Positions 36,409-47,187 of a stretch of DNA of 63,991 nucleotides are shown one piece after another. Each line of letters starts with the position of its first letter. The first letter of the stretch is position 1. Below the pieces are notes generated by a model, which saw only the letters and a list, made by a program, of their open reading frames with translations, had not been told where the DNA came from and did no database searches. The position numbers were made by a program, and so were the translations under genes. This DNA is from a virus (taxonomy: Duplodnaviria; Caudoviricetes), in IMG/VR virus record IMGVR_UViG_3300036780_000089, positions 1 through 63,991 of that record. The stretch is one strand, 5' to 3'.

Positions 36409-37458
36409 GTGCGCGTACTCGCCATGCTGCACCTGTACACGCCGCATCACAACGCGGGCGCCGAAATGGCCGCACACGCCCTGTTGCGTGGCCTGGTCGA
36501 CCGGGGCCACCGGGTCGACGTCATCCTGTCCCGCCACCATCCCGAGATCACCGGTCCGTACACGGTGGACGGGGTGCACGTACACCCGCGACACAACAAG
36601 GGTGACCCGCCCCGGTGGCTCTCCGACCCGGCCACACACCCGCACGTCATCGTCACCCACCTGGAAAACACCGACCGGGCAACTATCCTCGGCGCCTTGC
36701 ACCGCGTGCCGGTAGTGCACCTCGCACACAACACGCACCCGCAAACCAAGTGGTCGATACTGCGCCGCCCCGCCCTGGTGGTCGCTAACTCGGCGTGGAT
36801 GGCCGAGGACTTGTCTCACTGGTGGGACCTGGCCAGGCCGAAACGGCATATGCCCCCGGTGATCGTGATTCACCCGCCGATCCACGCCGAGGACTACCGG
36901 ACGAAACCCGGTCAGCACGTGACGTTGATCAACGTGACCGCCGACAAGGGCGCGGACATGTTCTATGCCCTGGCCGACCGGCACCCCCGGACGCGGTTCC
37001 TTGGCGTCGAGGGTGCCTACGGCGTCCAGGATCGCCGCCAACGGCCAAACGTGACGTGGGTGGACCACGTGGCAGGGGACCGGATGCGCAGCGCCGTGTA
37101 CCGCCGTACGCGGGTGCTGCTCATGCCGAGCGTGTACGAGTCCTACGGCCGCGCGGCGGTCGAGGCCGCATGCTCCGGTATCCCCACCATCGCCGCGCCC
37201 ACGCCCGGACTACGGGAAGCACTCGGACCCGCCGGGGTGTTCGCCCCACGTGACGACGTGGACGCCTGGACGGCCCACCTAGAGCGGTTGCTCACCCCGT
37301 CCGGCTGGTCCGCCGCGTCCGAGGCCGCGCTAGCCCGCGCCGCCGAGCTGCACACCGACGCCGACCTAGACCGATGGGCCACGGCCGTAGAGGGGGTGTC
37401 CCGGTGGATGCCCTCGCCGCGCTCTCTGACGTCACTGCCCGCTATCCCGGCACGCTGA
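36409..37458 (+). CDS. GT-B (family 4-like) glycosyltransferase
   Basis: YTPHHNAGAE, KGADMF, LLMPSVYESYGRAAVEAACSGIPTIA. Confidence 0.9.
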   Translation: MRVLAMLHLYTPHHNAGAEMAAHALLRGLVDRGHRVDVILSRHHPEITGPYTVDGVHVHPRHNKGDPPRWLSDPATHPHVIVTHLENTDRATILGALHRVPVVHLAHNTHPQTKWSILRRPALVVANSAWMAEDLSHWWDLARPKRHMPPVIVIHPPIHAEDYRTKPGQHVTLINVTADKGADMFYALADRHPRTRFLGVEGAYGVQDRRQRPNVTWVDHVAGDRMRSAVYRRTRVLLMPSVYESYGRAAVEAACSGIPTIAAPTPGLREALGPAGVFAPRDDVDAWTAHLERLLTPSGWSAASEAALARAAELHTDADLDRWATAVEGVSRWMPSPRSLTSLPAIPAR

Positions 37459-38024
37459 GCGGCGACCAGGTAGCCCGCGTGCCCGGTCTGCTCGGCGACG
37501 CGTCGACCGTGGTCCGCAGCTACACGCGGCAGACGTTCACCCCGGCCACGGTCACAGAGAACGTGCGGCCGATCGGTGACCGGGTCCGGCTACGGCAGGC
37601 ACCCGTCACCGCCGTCACCGCCGTGTCCCTGGTGGACACGCTCACCGCCGGGAGCTTGCTTGCGCTGCCGATGGGTGCGTGGATGTGGGACGGTGGCCAA
37701 GAGATCTGGCTAGGCGCCATTAACACGGTGATCAATCTGCCCGATGACATCACCGAACTGTTGCAATATCAGACGCCGCTGGTCCAAGTCGTGTACGCGT
37801 TCGGGTATGACGTGATGCCCGACCCGGTGGTGACCGTGGTGTGTTCGATGGTGATTCGCGCACTCGACATGCCCGGCCCGGTGTCGGTCGCCAGTTCCAC
37901 CGTGGGCGGACTGTCCTACCGTCTCGGGACCGCCGCGCAAGACGGCATTCTCGGCCTGACACCGTCTGAGATGCGCATGCTTGCCCAGTACCGCCGGGTG
38001 GCGACCACGGTAGAGCTGCGATGA
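37404..38024 (+). CDS. Head-to-tail adaptor
   Basis: LLGDASTVVRSYTRQTF...VVYAFGY...PDPVVTVVCSMV; position in head-tail cluster. Confidence 0.8.
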   Translation: MDALAALSDVTARYPGTLSGDQVARVPGLLGDASTVVRSYTRQTFTPATVTENVRPIGDRVRLRQAPVTAVTAVSLVDTLTAGSLLALPMGAWMWDGGQEIWLGAINTVINLPDDITELLQYQTPLVQVVYAFGYDVMPDPVVTVVCSMVIRALDMPGPVSVASSTVGGLSYRLGTAAQDGILGLTPSEMRMLAQYRRVATTVELR

Positions 38025-38356
38025 GTACGCCGCTGATCGGACGGCAGACGGTCACCGTCGTACATCGGACGGACGGGCCGCCGGACAGTCTCGGCGTACC
38101 GAGCGTGGTCGAAACCGAGACCGCTGTCACGGGGTGCTCGGTACAACCGGTCAGCACCGCCGAGGAACTATCCGACGTCGACCAGGTGATTACCCGGTGG
38201 CAACTGTTCATGCCCGCTGGGATCACGGTCACCGCCACCGACAACGTGATCGCGGACGGCGTCGTGTACGGCGTGGACGGCGACCCGCAAACGTGGACCG
38301 ACCTCGGCGGCCGTCCACACCACACAGAGTGCTATCTGCGGCGTGCCACTGGCTAG
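38021..38356 (+). CDS. Head-to-tail stopper
   Basis: GCSVQPVSTAE...YGVDGDPQTW...HHTECYLRRATG. Confidence 0.82.
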   Translation: MSTPLIGRQTVTVVHRTDGPPDSLGVPSVVETETAVTGCSVQPVSTAEELSDVDQVITRWQLFMPAGITVTATDNVIADGVVYGVDGDPQTWTDLGGRPHHTECYLRRATG

Positions 38357-38368
38357 GAGGTGTTCGCC

Positions 38369-38818
38369 GTGGCCGACACCGTCGAATTCAGCTACAACTT
38401 TGCCGAGATCGGCCTGTTTCTGCGGACTAGTCCCGAGTTGCGCGCCTACCTGGAAGATCTCGGACGTAAAGGCGTGGAATACGCCCGATCGATCGCACCC
38501 GTAGGCACGCGGACTACCAAGCACAGCAAGCCGGGGCAGTACCGGGATTCGATCAAATTCGAGGTCACCGCAAGCAAAACGCGGCTGTACTTGCGGATTT
38601 TCTCGGACGATTTCACCGCCTGGTGGATCGAATACGGGTCGATCAAGATGCCGAAATCAGCCGTGTTGCGTCGCACACTCGACTATCTGGCGTCCGGTCA
38701 CGCGCAAGCGGCGTCCGGGTATGCCGGTGTCAGCGAGTACGACGCGGGAAACCTCGGCACGCAAACGAAACGCCGCGCGCGGCGAGTCCAACGCGCCATT
38801 GCGAGCGTGCGCCGGTAG
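38369..38818 (+). CDS. HK97 gp10-like neck protein
   Basis: ARSIAPV...GQYRDSI...AWWIEYGS. Confidence 0.75.
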   Translation: MADTVEFSYNFAEIGLFLRTSPELRAYLEDLGRKGVEYARSIAPVGTRTTKHSKPGQYRDSIKFEVTASKTRLYLRIFSDDFTAWWIEYGSIKMPKSAVLRRTLDYLASGHAQAASGYAGVSEYDAGNLGTQTKRRARRVQRAIASVRR

Positions 38819-38833
38819 TCGAGGGGGTGCCCG

Positions 38834-39217
38834 GTGTACGCGGACGTAGAGACATTGCTTGTCACCTATCTGGCATCGATTCCCACTGTCACAGGGGTTT
38901 CCGTCGACCTCCCGCACAACGTCCTGACACGCCTGCCGTTCATTCAAGTGAACCGTGTCGGCGGGTCGGACAACTACATCACCGACTCGGCCACCGTTGA
39001 CGTGGACACGTTCCACGCCACGCGGGCCGGGGCGAGCGCACTAGCGCGCGCGGTGCACGCCGCGATGATGCGCCTACGGCACACCGCCGTGAACGGTGTG
39101 TTGGTGGATTCGGTCGAAACCATCACCGGTCCACTGTGGATCAATTACGACGACGAAAACCTTGAGCGCTACGTGGCCACGTATTCAATCGACTCCCGCG
39201 TGTGCGCCGTGCCCTAA
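38834..39217 (+). CDS. Tail terminator
   Basis: ADVETLLVTYL...PFIQVNRVGG...VDVDTF. Confidence 0.8.
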   Translation: MYADVETLLVTYLASIPTVTGVSVDLPHNVLTRLPFIQVNRVGGSDNYITDSATVDVDTFHATRAGASALARAVHAAMMRLRHTAVNGVLVDSVETITGPLWINYDDENLERYVATYSIDSRVCAVP

Positions 39218-39241
39218 TCGTACTGATAAGGAGATATCGCA

Positions 39242-40183
39242 ATGGCCGGTGTCACCTGGGATAGCATCTTTCCTGGCAATACCGCACTTGTCCGTAAGGC
39301 GCTGTATGGCTCTGTGCTCGTACAGGACTACGACGCCGACAACAGCTTTGCCACGTACAGCCCGTTTGATCCCACTACGGGTTTGCTCAGCTCGTCTCTG
39401 CTCACATCGGACGGTTGGTCTGACTGTGGCTACCTGGACGAAAACGGTGTCGAGTTCACGCCGACGTACAGCACGGCGGACACAAACTCTTGGCAGACAA
39501 GGCAACCGCTGCGCACCGACGTCACGGCGGACACCGAACAGGCCAAGATCACGGCCTTGCAGTCTACGCCGCTGATCGACTGCCTGTACAACAGCCTGCC
39601 GCTGTCGAGCGCCGGTAGCCTCGGCGCCGCCGGGTACTCCTACGCCAAGCCCAAGACACCGTCCATTATCTACCGGTCGCTGTTGTTCCTCGGCGTTGAC
39701 GGTTCGTCGGGTGAGTATTCTTTCCTGGCGACGCTGTACCCGCGCGCGTTGATGATCAAGCCCGATAAGCAGGATTGGGTTGCGAAGACGGAAATCCAAA
39801 CTCCGTTGACTTTCCAGGCGTATCCCGACACGCAAGCCGGATTCACGATCAAGCGATTCCGCGACGGTCCCGCGTGGCGTTCGCTGGCCGTACCGAACCC
39901 GCCGACCGCGCTCACCGTGGGCGCCAAGACCACGACCACGCTCCCCGTGTCGTGGACCGCCCCGGCCAGTGGCCCGACGCCGACCGGCTACACGGTGTCC
40001 GTGGTGCTCACCTCTACCGGTGTCCCGGTTGCGGGCGCCACGTTCACGCCGAGCAACCCGAACACCACCACGGCCGCCACGGTCGGTGGCCTGGTCACCG
40101 GCACCCAGTACACGGTGTCCGTGGTCAGCGATGGCACCAACGGCAACAGCACGGCCGCCACCGTCACGGCCACCACCAACTGA
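39242..40183 (+). CDS. Major tail tube protein with C-terminal fibronectin type III domain
   Basis: GWSDCGYLDENGVEF; PNPPTAL...VSWTAP...TGYTV...GLVTGTQYTVSV. Confidence 0.88.
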   Translation: MAGVTWDSIFPGNTALVRKALYGSVLVQDYDADNSFATYSPFDPTTGLLSSSLLTSDGWSDCGYLDENGVEFTPTYSTADTNSWQTRQPLRTDVTADTEQAKITALQSTPLIDCLYNSLPLSSAGSLGAAGYSYAKPKTPSIIYRSLLFLGVDGSSGEYSFLATLYPRALMIKPDKQDWVAKTEIQTPLTFQAYPDTQAGFTIKRFRDGPAWRSLAVPNPPTALTVGAKTTTTLPVSWTAPASGPTPTGYTVSVVLTSTGVPVAGATFTPSNPNTTTAATVGGLVTGTQYTVSVVSDGTNGNSTAATVTATTN

Positions 40184-40347
40184 GCAGAGCAGGCGGGCAG
40201 AGCGGCCCCACGTCGCCGAGCTGCCCGCCGCCACGCTCCCCACGCCGGGCGTCTCCTGCGCCCGTCCGAGGGCACGCGGGGAGGCGTTGACGGTCGCGCC
40301 CCGCGTGTCCCTCTTACACCCCACCGTCACACCGAACAGAGGAATCT

Positions 40348-40665
40348 ATGCCGTCCCCTAATCGTCGCCGTATGCGGCTCGAAGAAATGCGCACGCAAGC
40401 CGTCGAGGCACTGGGCATGGACCCCGGAATGGAATTGGAGCTAGACGACGGGGAAACCGTCACCATTCCAAACCCCATGTTTGTGACCGAGGAAGCACAA
40501 GAGCTGATCGAGGCCGCGCAAGGCACCATCGCCTCGGCGAAAGCCATTCTCGGCGAGGAAGACCATAAGCGCCTGATCGCGGGTGGCGGCCACTCGGCGG
40601 ACGTCATGCTTGCGTGGCGTCTCATGGCGGAAGACGTCCAAAAGGACCCAAAACTGCCGAGGTAG
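40348..40665 (+). CDS. Tail assembly chaperone (G)
   Basis: Between tail tube and tape measure genes; ends DPKLPR. Confidence 0.85.
   Translation: MPSPNRRRMRLEEMRTQAVEALGMDPGMELELDDGETVTIPNPMFVTEEAQELIEAAQGTIASAKAILGEEDHKRLIAGGGHSADVMLAWRLMAEDVQKDPKLPR
40647..40653 (+). other. -1 programmed frameshift slippery site
   Basis: C CCA AAA (X XXY YYZ in frame 0); the -1 frame continues KTAEVVSILR to 41090. Confidence 0.82.
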
Positions 40666-41090
40666 TGTCGATATTGCGCGCCTACCCGGAAGAAGTTGAA
40701 GCGGACATCGCCCGCTTTTATCCGGGCCGCGACATCGGCCAATTCTGGCGTGGTGACCTGTCCGGGCGGGCGCTCGGCGTGCTCATCCGCTATCTGCCGG
40801 AAGACTCGGCCACTGTGCGCGCCATGCGCGGCACGCCGTGGTCAGAGCTGATGTACCTGTTGGCGCACATCGCCGACACGGTGGCGTACAGCCGCGCCGA
40901 CTACGCCAATGTGCACGGCGGCAAGACACGTCCCGAACCGGTACAGCGGCCCGACACGGCCGAGCAGCGCGACCAGCGCGACCACGTCCGGCACGTGCAC
41001 GACGCGCTCACCGCCGCCATGGGTGGAACGTTCGTTGTGGACGCACCCACGGACGGCCGCCGCCACGAACCGGAAACCGAGACCGTGTGA
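40647..41090 (+). CDS. Tail assembly chaperone frameshift extension (T part of G-T)
   Basis: EVEADIARFY...LIRYLPEDSATVRA...WSELMYLLAHIAD. Confidence 0.82.
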   Translation, partial: PKTAEVVSILRAYPEEVEADIARFYPGRDIGQFWRGDLSGRALGVLIRYLPEDSATVRAMRGTPWSELMYLLAHIADTVAYSRADYANVHGGKTRPEPVQRPDTAEQRDQRDHVRHVHDALTAAMGGTFVVDAPTDGRRHEPETETV

Positions 41091-41106
41091 GCGCAAGGGG
41101 GACGTC

Positions 41107-44100
41107 GTGGGCAACGCCGCGTCCCTCGGAATCAACGTTTTCCCCACCACCAAAGACTTTGCGGCGTCGCTGCAAGCTCAGGTGATGCCCTCGGCGACCG
41201 AGGTAGGCGCCAAGACCGGCCGCTCATTCTCGGCGGCGTTCAGTGCCGAGGCCGTCAAAGGTGGCGACGGTGCCGACCTTGCTATCGCGAACATGGCGCG
41301 CACCTCGCAACTGGCTATCGAGTCGGCGGCGGCCAAGGTTGTTGCCGCGCGGGCGCGGGAAAGCGACGCCGCCGGACGGGTGCGTATCGCCGAGCAGCAA
41401 CTAGCCGAGGCGCGCGCCAAGTATGCCGCCGACAGCTCTCAGGTGGTCGCCGCCGAGGAACGACTAGCTACCGCACAGCGCAATGTCGAGGTGCGCGCCG
41501 ACGCGTCCGGCGTCGCCGAGGGCAAGCTCTCCGCTGTACGTCAGGAATCCCGCACCGCCGCGTTGTCCTCGGCCGCCGCCACTGACACCGAAAGTGCCTC
41601 GCTCGGCAAGTTCAAGACGTTGGCCGCCGACACCAGCACCACGGCCGGTGGACTGATGAGCCAGTACGGCAAGCTCGGCGCGCTCATCGGTGTGGCTATC
41701 GGCGTTGACATGGGAATCAAGGGCGTACAGGCGGCCTCGGCGTTTCAGCAGAGCCAAGAGCGGTTGGTGACCACGGCTGGTGAGCTGCAAACGAACTTGA
41801 CCGGTGTCAGCAACGGCATCCTTGCCATGGCCGGACAGGTCGGCTACAGCGCACAGGACTTGTCCACCGGAATGTACACAGTGGAGAGTGCTGGCTATCA
41901 CGCGAGCGACGCACTGACGGTTCTGAAAGCATCGGCGCAGGGCGCGAAAGAGGAAAACGCCGACCTCTCCAACGTCACCGACGCGGTTACCTCGGCCATG
42001 CGTGACTATCACTTGCCCGTCGACCAGGCGGCCACGGTCACGTCCAAGCTGATCACGGCCGTATCGGACGGCAAGACCAACTTTCAGGACCTTACGGGCG
42101 CCATGTCGGCGGTGCTGCCCAAGGCAAGCGCCGTGGGTATCAGCCTGAATGACGTGTTGGGCGACCTCGCCGGAATGACGCTGCACGGTGTGAGCGCCGA
42201 GCAGGCATCCCAGAACCTCGCCGACGCGATCAGCCACCTGTCTAACCCCACCGTGGCCATGACCAAGGAAATGGCGTCGCTCGGCCTATCCAGCGCCGAC
42301 CTGTCGAAAAACCTTGGCAAGACTGGTGTTCAGGGCACGATGGAAGAGGTTTCGCAAGCGATCTTGCAACACATGGGGCCAGCGGGCACGACGCTTCTCA
42401 ATGCTTTCAACCAATCCAAGGTGGCCGCCGCCGACGCCAAGGCGGAATTCAACGCTATGCCAGCGAGTTTGCAGAAGGTCGCTCAGGCGTACAGCAACGG
42501 ACAACTGACGCTTGCCCAGTGGCGGACACAGCTCAAAGGCATCCCGGCTGACCAGCAAGCGTTGTTGACCTCGTACAAGTCCGCAACGGACAGTGCTAAC
42601 GGGTTCAATGCTGCGCTGAAATCGGGCGGGAACGCGTCGCAGACGTACAGCCAGGCGTTGGCGAAAGCGACCGGTGACAGTTCGTCGATGAATGTCGCGC
42701 TCATGTTGACGGGCGAGAATGCCGCGAAAGTCCAGCAGAACATTAGCGACGTCGCGCGCGCGTCCACAGAGGCAGGCGGCAACGTCAAGGGCTGGTCGGA
42801 CATTCAGCAGACATTCAATCAGCGGGTAGCCGAGGTGAAAGCGTCGCTCGGCGCGTTCGCTATTGAGATTGGGCAAAAGCTGCTACCGGTGCTCACGGGC
42901 ATGATTGGCGGCTTGCAGAACGCCGTAGGGTGGCTCATCCAAAACCGCGTGTGGATTGGCCTGGTTGCTGCCGTGGTTGGTGGCCTGGTCGGGCCGATCG
43001 TGGCTGTACGCCTAGCCGTGATGGCGTGGGAAGCGGTACGCATCGTCGTACTCAACTTGCGCGTGGCCATGTGGCTATTGAATTCGGCAATATTGGCTAA
43101 TCCGGTTGTCGCTCTCAGTCTCGCTATTGCCGCGCTGGTCGCGGGTATCGTGTATGCCTACTTCCACTTTCAGACGTTCCGCAACATCATCAACGACATC
43201 GGCAATTTCTTCAAAGTCGTTTTCCTCGCCGTCATTCACGCGGTCGGCGACGCCATAGGCTGGCTCGTTGACCACTGGAAAATCTTCGCCGGGATTCTCG
43301 CCGTGATCTTCGCGCCGATCTCCATTGCCATTGGCTTGTTCGTGCTGATCGTGACCCATCTCCACCAGATCGGCGACGCGTTCGTATGGTTGTGGCAAAA
43401 CATCATCCAGCCCACGTTGAACGTGATCGGCGTCGCGATTCGCATCGTAGCCGCGATTCTGTATATCGTGCTCGTGCTGCCGTGGGTCGAGCTATTCCAG
43501 CACGTCCTAGCGCCGCTGTTTACCTGGCTGTACAACACGGTGATCAAGCCAGCGTTCGAGGGCATCGCGGTGATCGCGAAATGGCTCTACGACAACGGAA
43601 TCAAGCCGGTGTTCGACGCTATCGGCGCCGTGTTCGCGTGGATCAACAACAACGTGATTCAGCCGTGGGTTGTCGTCGCGAAAATCGCGTTTCAGCTTTT
43701 CATGGATGCCGTGCACGCGGTGTACGACAACGCGATTAAGCCCGTGTTCGACTTGATCAACAACATCTTTACGTGGGTCCACGATCACGTCATTCAGCCT
43801 TTCGTTACCGGCTGCAAGATCGAATTCGAGCTGTTCAAGGAAGCGTTTAAAGCCGTCTACGACAACGTGATCAAGCCCGTAGGTGACGCGATCGGTTCGG
43901 CCGTCTCCGGCATCAAAAACGCTTTCACCGACGCCGTCAACGCGATCAAAACCGCGTGGGGCACCATCGAAAACATCGTCAAGGTACCCGCGAAATTCGT
44001 GGTCGACTTGGTGTACAACAAGGGCATCGTTCCACTGTGGAATAGTGTTGCCGGGATTTTCGGCCTCGGCAAGCTCGGCGCGGTCGACGTGTCTAGTTGG

Positions 44101-45180
44101 GCCGGTGGCGGCATCCTCCCCGGCTACGCGCCCGGACAGGACAGCATCCCGGCGATGCTTTCGCCTGGTGAATCCGTGCTCACACCGGAAGCAACACGAT
44201 TCCTTGGCGCGCAAACGATCCTGGCTCTCAACGCGATGTCCGGGCGGCCGAGTGGCAACGACACCAACGGAATGCCGATCCACGCGGCCGGTGGCTTTTT
44301 CGGCGACGTGTGGGGCGCACTGTCCAGCGGCGCAAAAGCCGTGTGGGGCGGGATCACCGACGCCGCGCATTGGGCGGCCAGTATCGCGGGCGACGTCGCG
44401 GGCGGCATCACCAAGCTATTCCAATCGGCCATTGACCAGAACAAGTCAACACCCGGTGGCGCCGACTCGTGGAAAACCATGATCACAGACATTCCGGGCG
44501 ACGTGATTCAAGGTGCCATCAACACTGTCAAGTCGTGGTTTAGTTCCTCGGCCGGGCAGAAAGTCGTTGCCAGCGCACAAGGCGGCGGCGCGATCGGTGG
44601 CACCATCCCCACCGGGCAACGTCTGGCAATCCTGACGCAAGCGCTACAGGCGGACAACGTGCCGCAAACATCCTGGGGCGTATGGGAAGCCGGGTTGAAC
44701 ACGCTGATCACGCGTGAGTCCGGCTGGAACCCCAACGCTGTCAATAACACTGACAGCAACGCGAAGGCTGGTCACCCGTCGACCGGTCTCATGCAAACGA
44801 TTATCGGCACGTTCGAGGCGTATCGAAACCCAGCGTTCCCGGATTCGATGGTGAACCCGGTGGCCAACGTCGCCGCCGGAATCAAGTACATCATTTCCCG
44901 ATACGGGGATATCACGCGGGTTCAGCAAGCCAACGCCAACCTGCCGCCCAAAGGCTATGACAACGGCGGCATGCTGCCTATCGGCATGTCGTTGGCCTAC
45001 AACGGAACCACGCGGCCCGAACCGGTGTTGACCGGCGACCAGTGGGACACGCTACGGTCCCGCGCCGCGCCCGAACAGGCCGGTTCGACACACCACTATC
45101 ACATCACCTCGCATGATCCCGCGTCCGTAGCGCATGAAATCGAGCGTCGCGAGACCGCGAACATGCGGGCGCGGCTGTAG
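41107..45180 (+). CDS. Tape measure protein with C-terminal lytic transglycosylase
   Basis: TP901-type core, W/F-periodic repeats, RESGWNPNAVNNTDSNA...GLMQTI...ANVAAGIKYI; GTG 41107 after AAGGGGG. Confidence 0.95.
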   Translation: MGNAASLGINVFPTTKDFAASLQAQVMPSATEVGAKTGRSFSAAFSAEAVKGGDGADLAIANMARTSQLAIESAAAKVVAARARESDAAGRVRIAEQQLAEARAKYAADSSQVVAAEERLATAQRNVEVRADASGVAEGKLSAVRQESRTAALSSAAATDTESASLGKFKTLAADTSTTAGGLMSQYGKLGALIGVAIGVDMGIKGVQAASAFQQSQERLVTTAGELQTNLTGVSNGILAMAGQVGYSAQDLSTGMYTVESAGYHASDALTVLKASAQGAKEENADLSNVTDAVTSAMRDYHLPVDQAATVTSKLITAVSDGKTNFQDLTGAMSAVLPKASAVGISLNDVLGDLAGMTLHGVSAEQASQNLADAISHLSNPTVAMTKEMASLGLSSADLSKNLGKTGVQGTMEEVSQAILQHMGPAGTTLLNAFNQSKVAAADAKAEFNAMPASLQKVAQAYSNGQLTLAQWRTQLKGIPADQQALLTSYKSATDSANGFNAALKSGGNASQTYSQALAKATGDSSSMNVALMLTGENAAKVQQNISDVARASTEAGGNVKGWSDIQQTFNQRVAEVKASLGAFAIEIGQKLLPVLTGMIGGLQNAVGWLIQNRVWIGLVAAVVGGLVGPIVAVRLAVMAWEAVRIVVLNLRVAMWLLNSAILANPVVALSLAIAALVAGIVYAYFHFQTFRNIINDIGNFFKVVFLAVIHAVGDAIGWLVDHWKIFAGILAVIFAPISIAIGLFVLIVTHLHQIGDAFVWLWQNIIQPTLNVIGVAIRIVAAILYIVLVLPWVELFQHVLAPLFTWLYNTVIKPAFEGIAVIAKWLYDNGIKPVFDAIGAVFAWINNNVIQPWVVVAKIAFQLFMDAVHAVYDNAIKPVFDLINNIFTWVHDHVIQPFVTGCKIEFELFKEAFKAVYDNVIKPVGDAIGSAVSGIKNAFTDAVNAIKTAWGTIENIVKVPAKFVVDLVYNKGIVPLWNSVAGIFGLGKLGAVDVSSWAGGGILPGYAPGQDSIPAMLSPGESVLTPEATRFLGAQTILALNAMSGRPSGNDTNGMPIHAAGGFFGDVWGALSSGAKAVWGGITDAAHWAASIAGDVAGGITKLFQSAIDQNKSTPGGADSWKTMITDIPGDVIQGAINTVKSWFSSSAGQKVVASAQGGGAIGGTIPTGQRLAILTQALQADNVPQTSWGVWEAGLNTLITRESGWNPNAVNNTDSNAKAGHPSTGLMQTIIGTFEAYRNPAFPDSMVNPVANVAAGIKYIISRYGDITRVQQANANLPPKGYDNGGMLPIGMSLAYNGTTRPEPVLTGDQWDTLRSRAAPEQAGSTHHYHITSHDPASVAHEIERRETANMRARL

Positions 45181-45199
45181 TCGGCCGAGGGGGGACACG

Positions 45200-46069
45200 G
45201 TGCGGTACGACCCGGCGTTTTACGGCTCAACGTTCACCCTCGGCGGGATCACCATCAACGGGGGGACCGACGCCAACGGGTGCGACTGGATCTTGACCAA
45301 AGAGACCGGCTGGTTTGGTTCCCCCGCAATCAAAACCGCGCGGGTCGACAAGCCAGCGTCCCGAGGATTGTTTCGTGGCAACGAATTCCGTGGCGGCCGG
45401 GTGATGACGCTAGAGGGCACGTTGTCGGCGCCGAACGTGAACGCGCTCCGCGCCGCGCAACGTGCCATCGGCGGTATCTGCCCGAACCCGCACCTGCAAT
45501 ACCCGCTGACCGTGGTCGAGGAATCCGGGCTGAGCCTGTACGCGAACGTGGCCCTAGACGGCGAGATCCTGACGACGCCGATCAGTGCGCTGTCCGTGGA
45601 TTTCAGCATTCAGCTTGTGGCGCCCGACCCGCGCAAGTTCAGCGCCAACCCCACCACCTTGTCCACACTGTTGGCGTCCGGCGGCGTCGGCGGCGTCCTG
45701 TACCCCGTCATGTACCCGGTGAGCTACGGCCCTGCCGGTGTGCCGGGTGCGTTGACGCTCACCAATCACGGCACCGCCGACGCCGACCCGGTGTGTGTCC
45801 TCACGGGACCACTCACCAATCCCGCACTGATTCGCGCCGACACCGGGGACACCGTCACCTATCACGACACGCTCGGCGCCACCGACACGGTCACGATCGA
45901 TTTCGGGACCGGCGACGTGACCTTGAACGGTGAGAACCGGCGCCCGCTGGTGTCGGCGCTGCAATGGTTCGAGGTACCGGCGCAATCGTCCATCAATCTG
46001 CTGTTCCGCTCCGCGAATGTGGCTGACACGGGGACGTTGTCGGTGACGTTCGGGGACTGCTGGTATTAG
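45200..46069 (+). CDS. Distal tail protein
   Basis: GWFGSP...RVMTLEG...IQLVAPDPRKF...LTNHGTA. Confidence 0.8.
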   Translation: MRYDPAFYGSTFTLGGITINGGTDANGCDWILTKETGWFGSPAIKTARVDKPASRGLFRGNEFRGGRVMTLEGTLSAPNVNALRAAQRAIGGICPNPHLQYPLTVVEESGLSLYANVALDGEILTTPISALSVDFSIQLVAPDPRKFSANPTTLSTLLASGGVGGVLYPVMYPVSYGPAGVPGALTLTNHGTADADPVCVLTGPLTNPALIRADTGDTVTYHDTLGATDTVTIDFGTGDVTLNGENRRPLVSALQWFEVPAQSSINLLFRSANVADTGTLSVTFGDCWY

Positions 46070-46080
46070 GAGTCGACCCT

Positions 46081-47181
46081 ATGGCGTGGAGCGGAACACC
46101 CGTACAAGCCGCATCCGCAATCCCCATGCTCACCGCGTCCGGCGCCGCCATGAACACCGCCGCCAACTATCGGTACGGGTTCATCGGCGCACTGGTCGCC
46201 GCCAACCCCGGCGGCCCCATGGCATGGCGGCCCGGCATCATCCCGTCCGCTGGTGGCAGCACGCCACCGAACACCGATCTAGCGGTGACACAGACAGCCA
46301 CGGCAAGCAACCAAGTATTGGTGGCGCCCGGAACACTCGTCATACCCAAGGCGGGATTGGCGGCCGGTCCGTACCTGGTCGGGTTCCCCACCGTGTCCAC
46401 GCTCACCACCGACCCGGCGTCCAGCACCAACCCCCGTATCGACGTCGTGGCCGCTCAGGTCATCGACAACGCGATCGGCGACAGCGGGACACAGGGCGGG
46501 CAGCTTTTCATCGTCAACGGCACACCCGGCGCCACACCCGCGATTCCCGCGCCACCGCCCGGCGCTATCCAAGTCGCGCAGCTCTACCGCGCTACCAACG
46601 TCAACACGGTGACCGCCGCCAACATCACCGACGCGCGCACCTCGGCGGGTGTCGCGGGTGGTGTGCGCGCGCTGTTGCCCGGTGACCCATGGAACGGGGC
46701 GGGCGCCTACATCGGTGAATGCACGTTCGACGCGGTGACCTCGTTCAAGAGCGGACTCCGCTACTGGGACGGGACACAGTGGCGGGGTGTCGCCACCAAG
46801 ATTGTCCCCTACACGTTGAATATCGCACTGGCCGCCAGTATTGATGCGGCACACAGCCCGTACACCTGTTGCACGGCAACGGTTGCTGACCCTGGATACC
46901 CGTACTACCTGTCTGTCAGCGCCAAGGCGGGCGGCTCGAACGCGAGTAGTACTACGTCCATGCTCACGCGGCTCAATGTGGACGGCAACCTGATCTCAAT
47001 CGCGTGGTCGACACTCGGCGCAAACACAATCTGGGAAAGCAACAACCCGAGCGTCATCGTCGGCCCCTACACCGGTTCGCACACAGTGACACACACCCTG
47101 ACCGTGGACACCGGAGGCCCGGCGGCGACGTCCAATAACGCGGACGACATTTACCTGTCCACTCAACTGATTCCGTACTGA
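46081..47181 (+). CDS. Minor tail protein
   Basis: NPRIDVVAAQVID...VNGTPGATP...ITDAR. Confidence 0.8.
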   Translation: MAWSGTPVQAASAIPMLTASGAAMNTAANYRYGFIGALVAANPGGPMAWRPGIIPSAGGSTPPNTDLAVTQTATASNQVLVAPGTLVIPKAGLAAGPYLVGFPTVSTLTTDPASSTNPRIDVVAAQVIDNAIGDSGTQGGQLFIVNGTPGATPAIPAPPPGAIQVAQLYRATNVNTVTAANITDARTSAGVAGGVRALLPGDPWNGAGAYIGECTFDAVTSFKSGLRYWDGTQWRGVATKIVPYTLNIALAASIDAAHSPYTCCTATVADPGYPYYLSVSAKAGGSNASSTTSMLTRLNVDGNLISIAWSTLGANTIWESNNPSVIVGPYTGSHTVTHTLTVDTGGPAATSNNADDIYLSTQLIPY

Positions 47182-47187
47182 GAGCGG

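Noticed and set aside
40909-41106. Upstream extension of the tape measure ORF
   Set aside because: Overlaps the chaperone T frame; the RBS supports GTG 41107.
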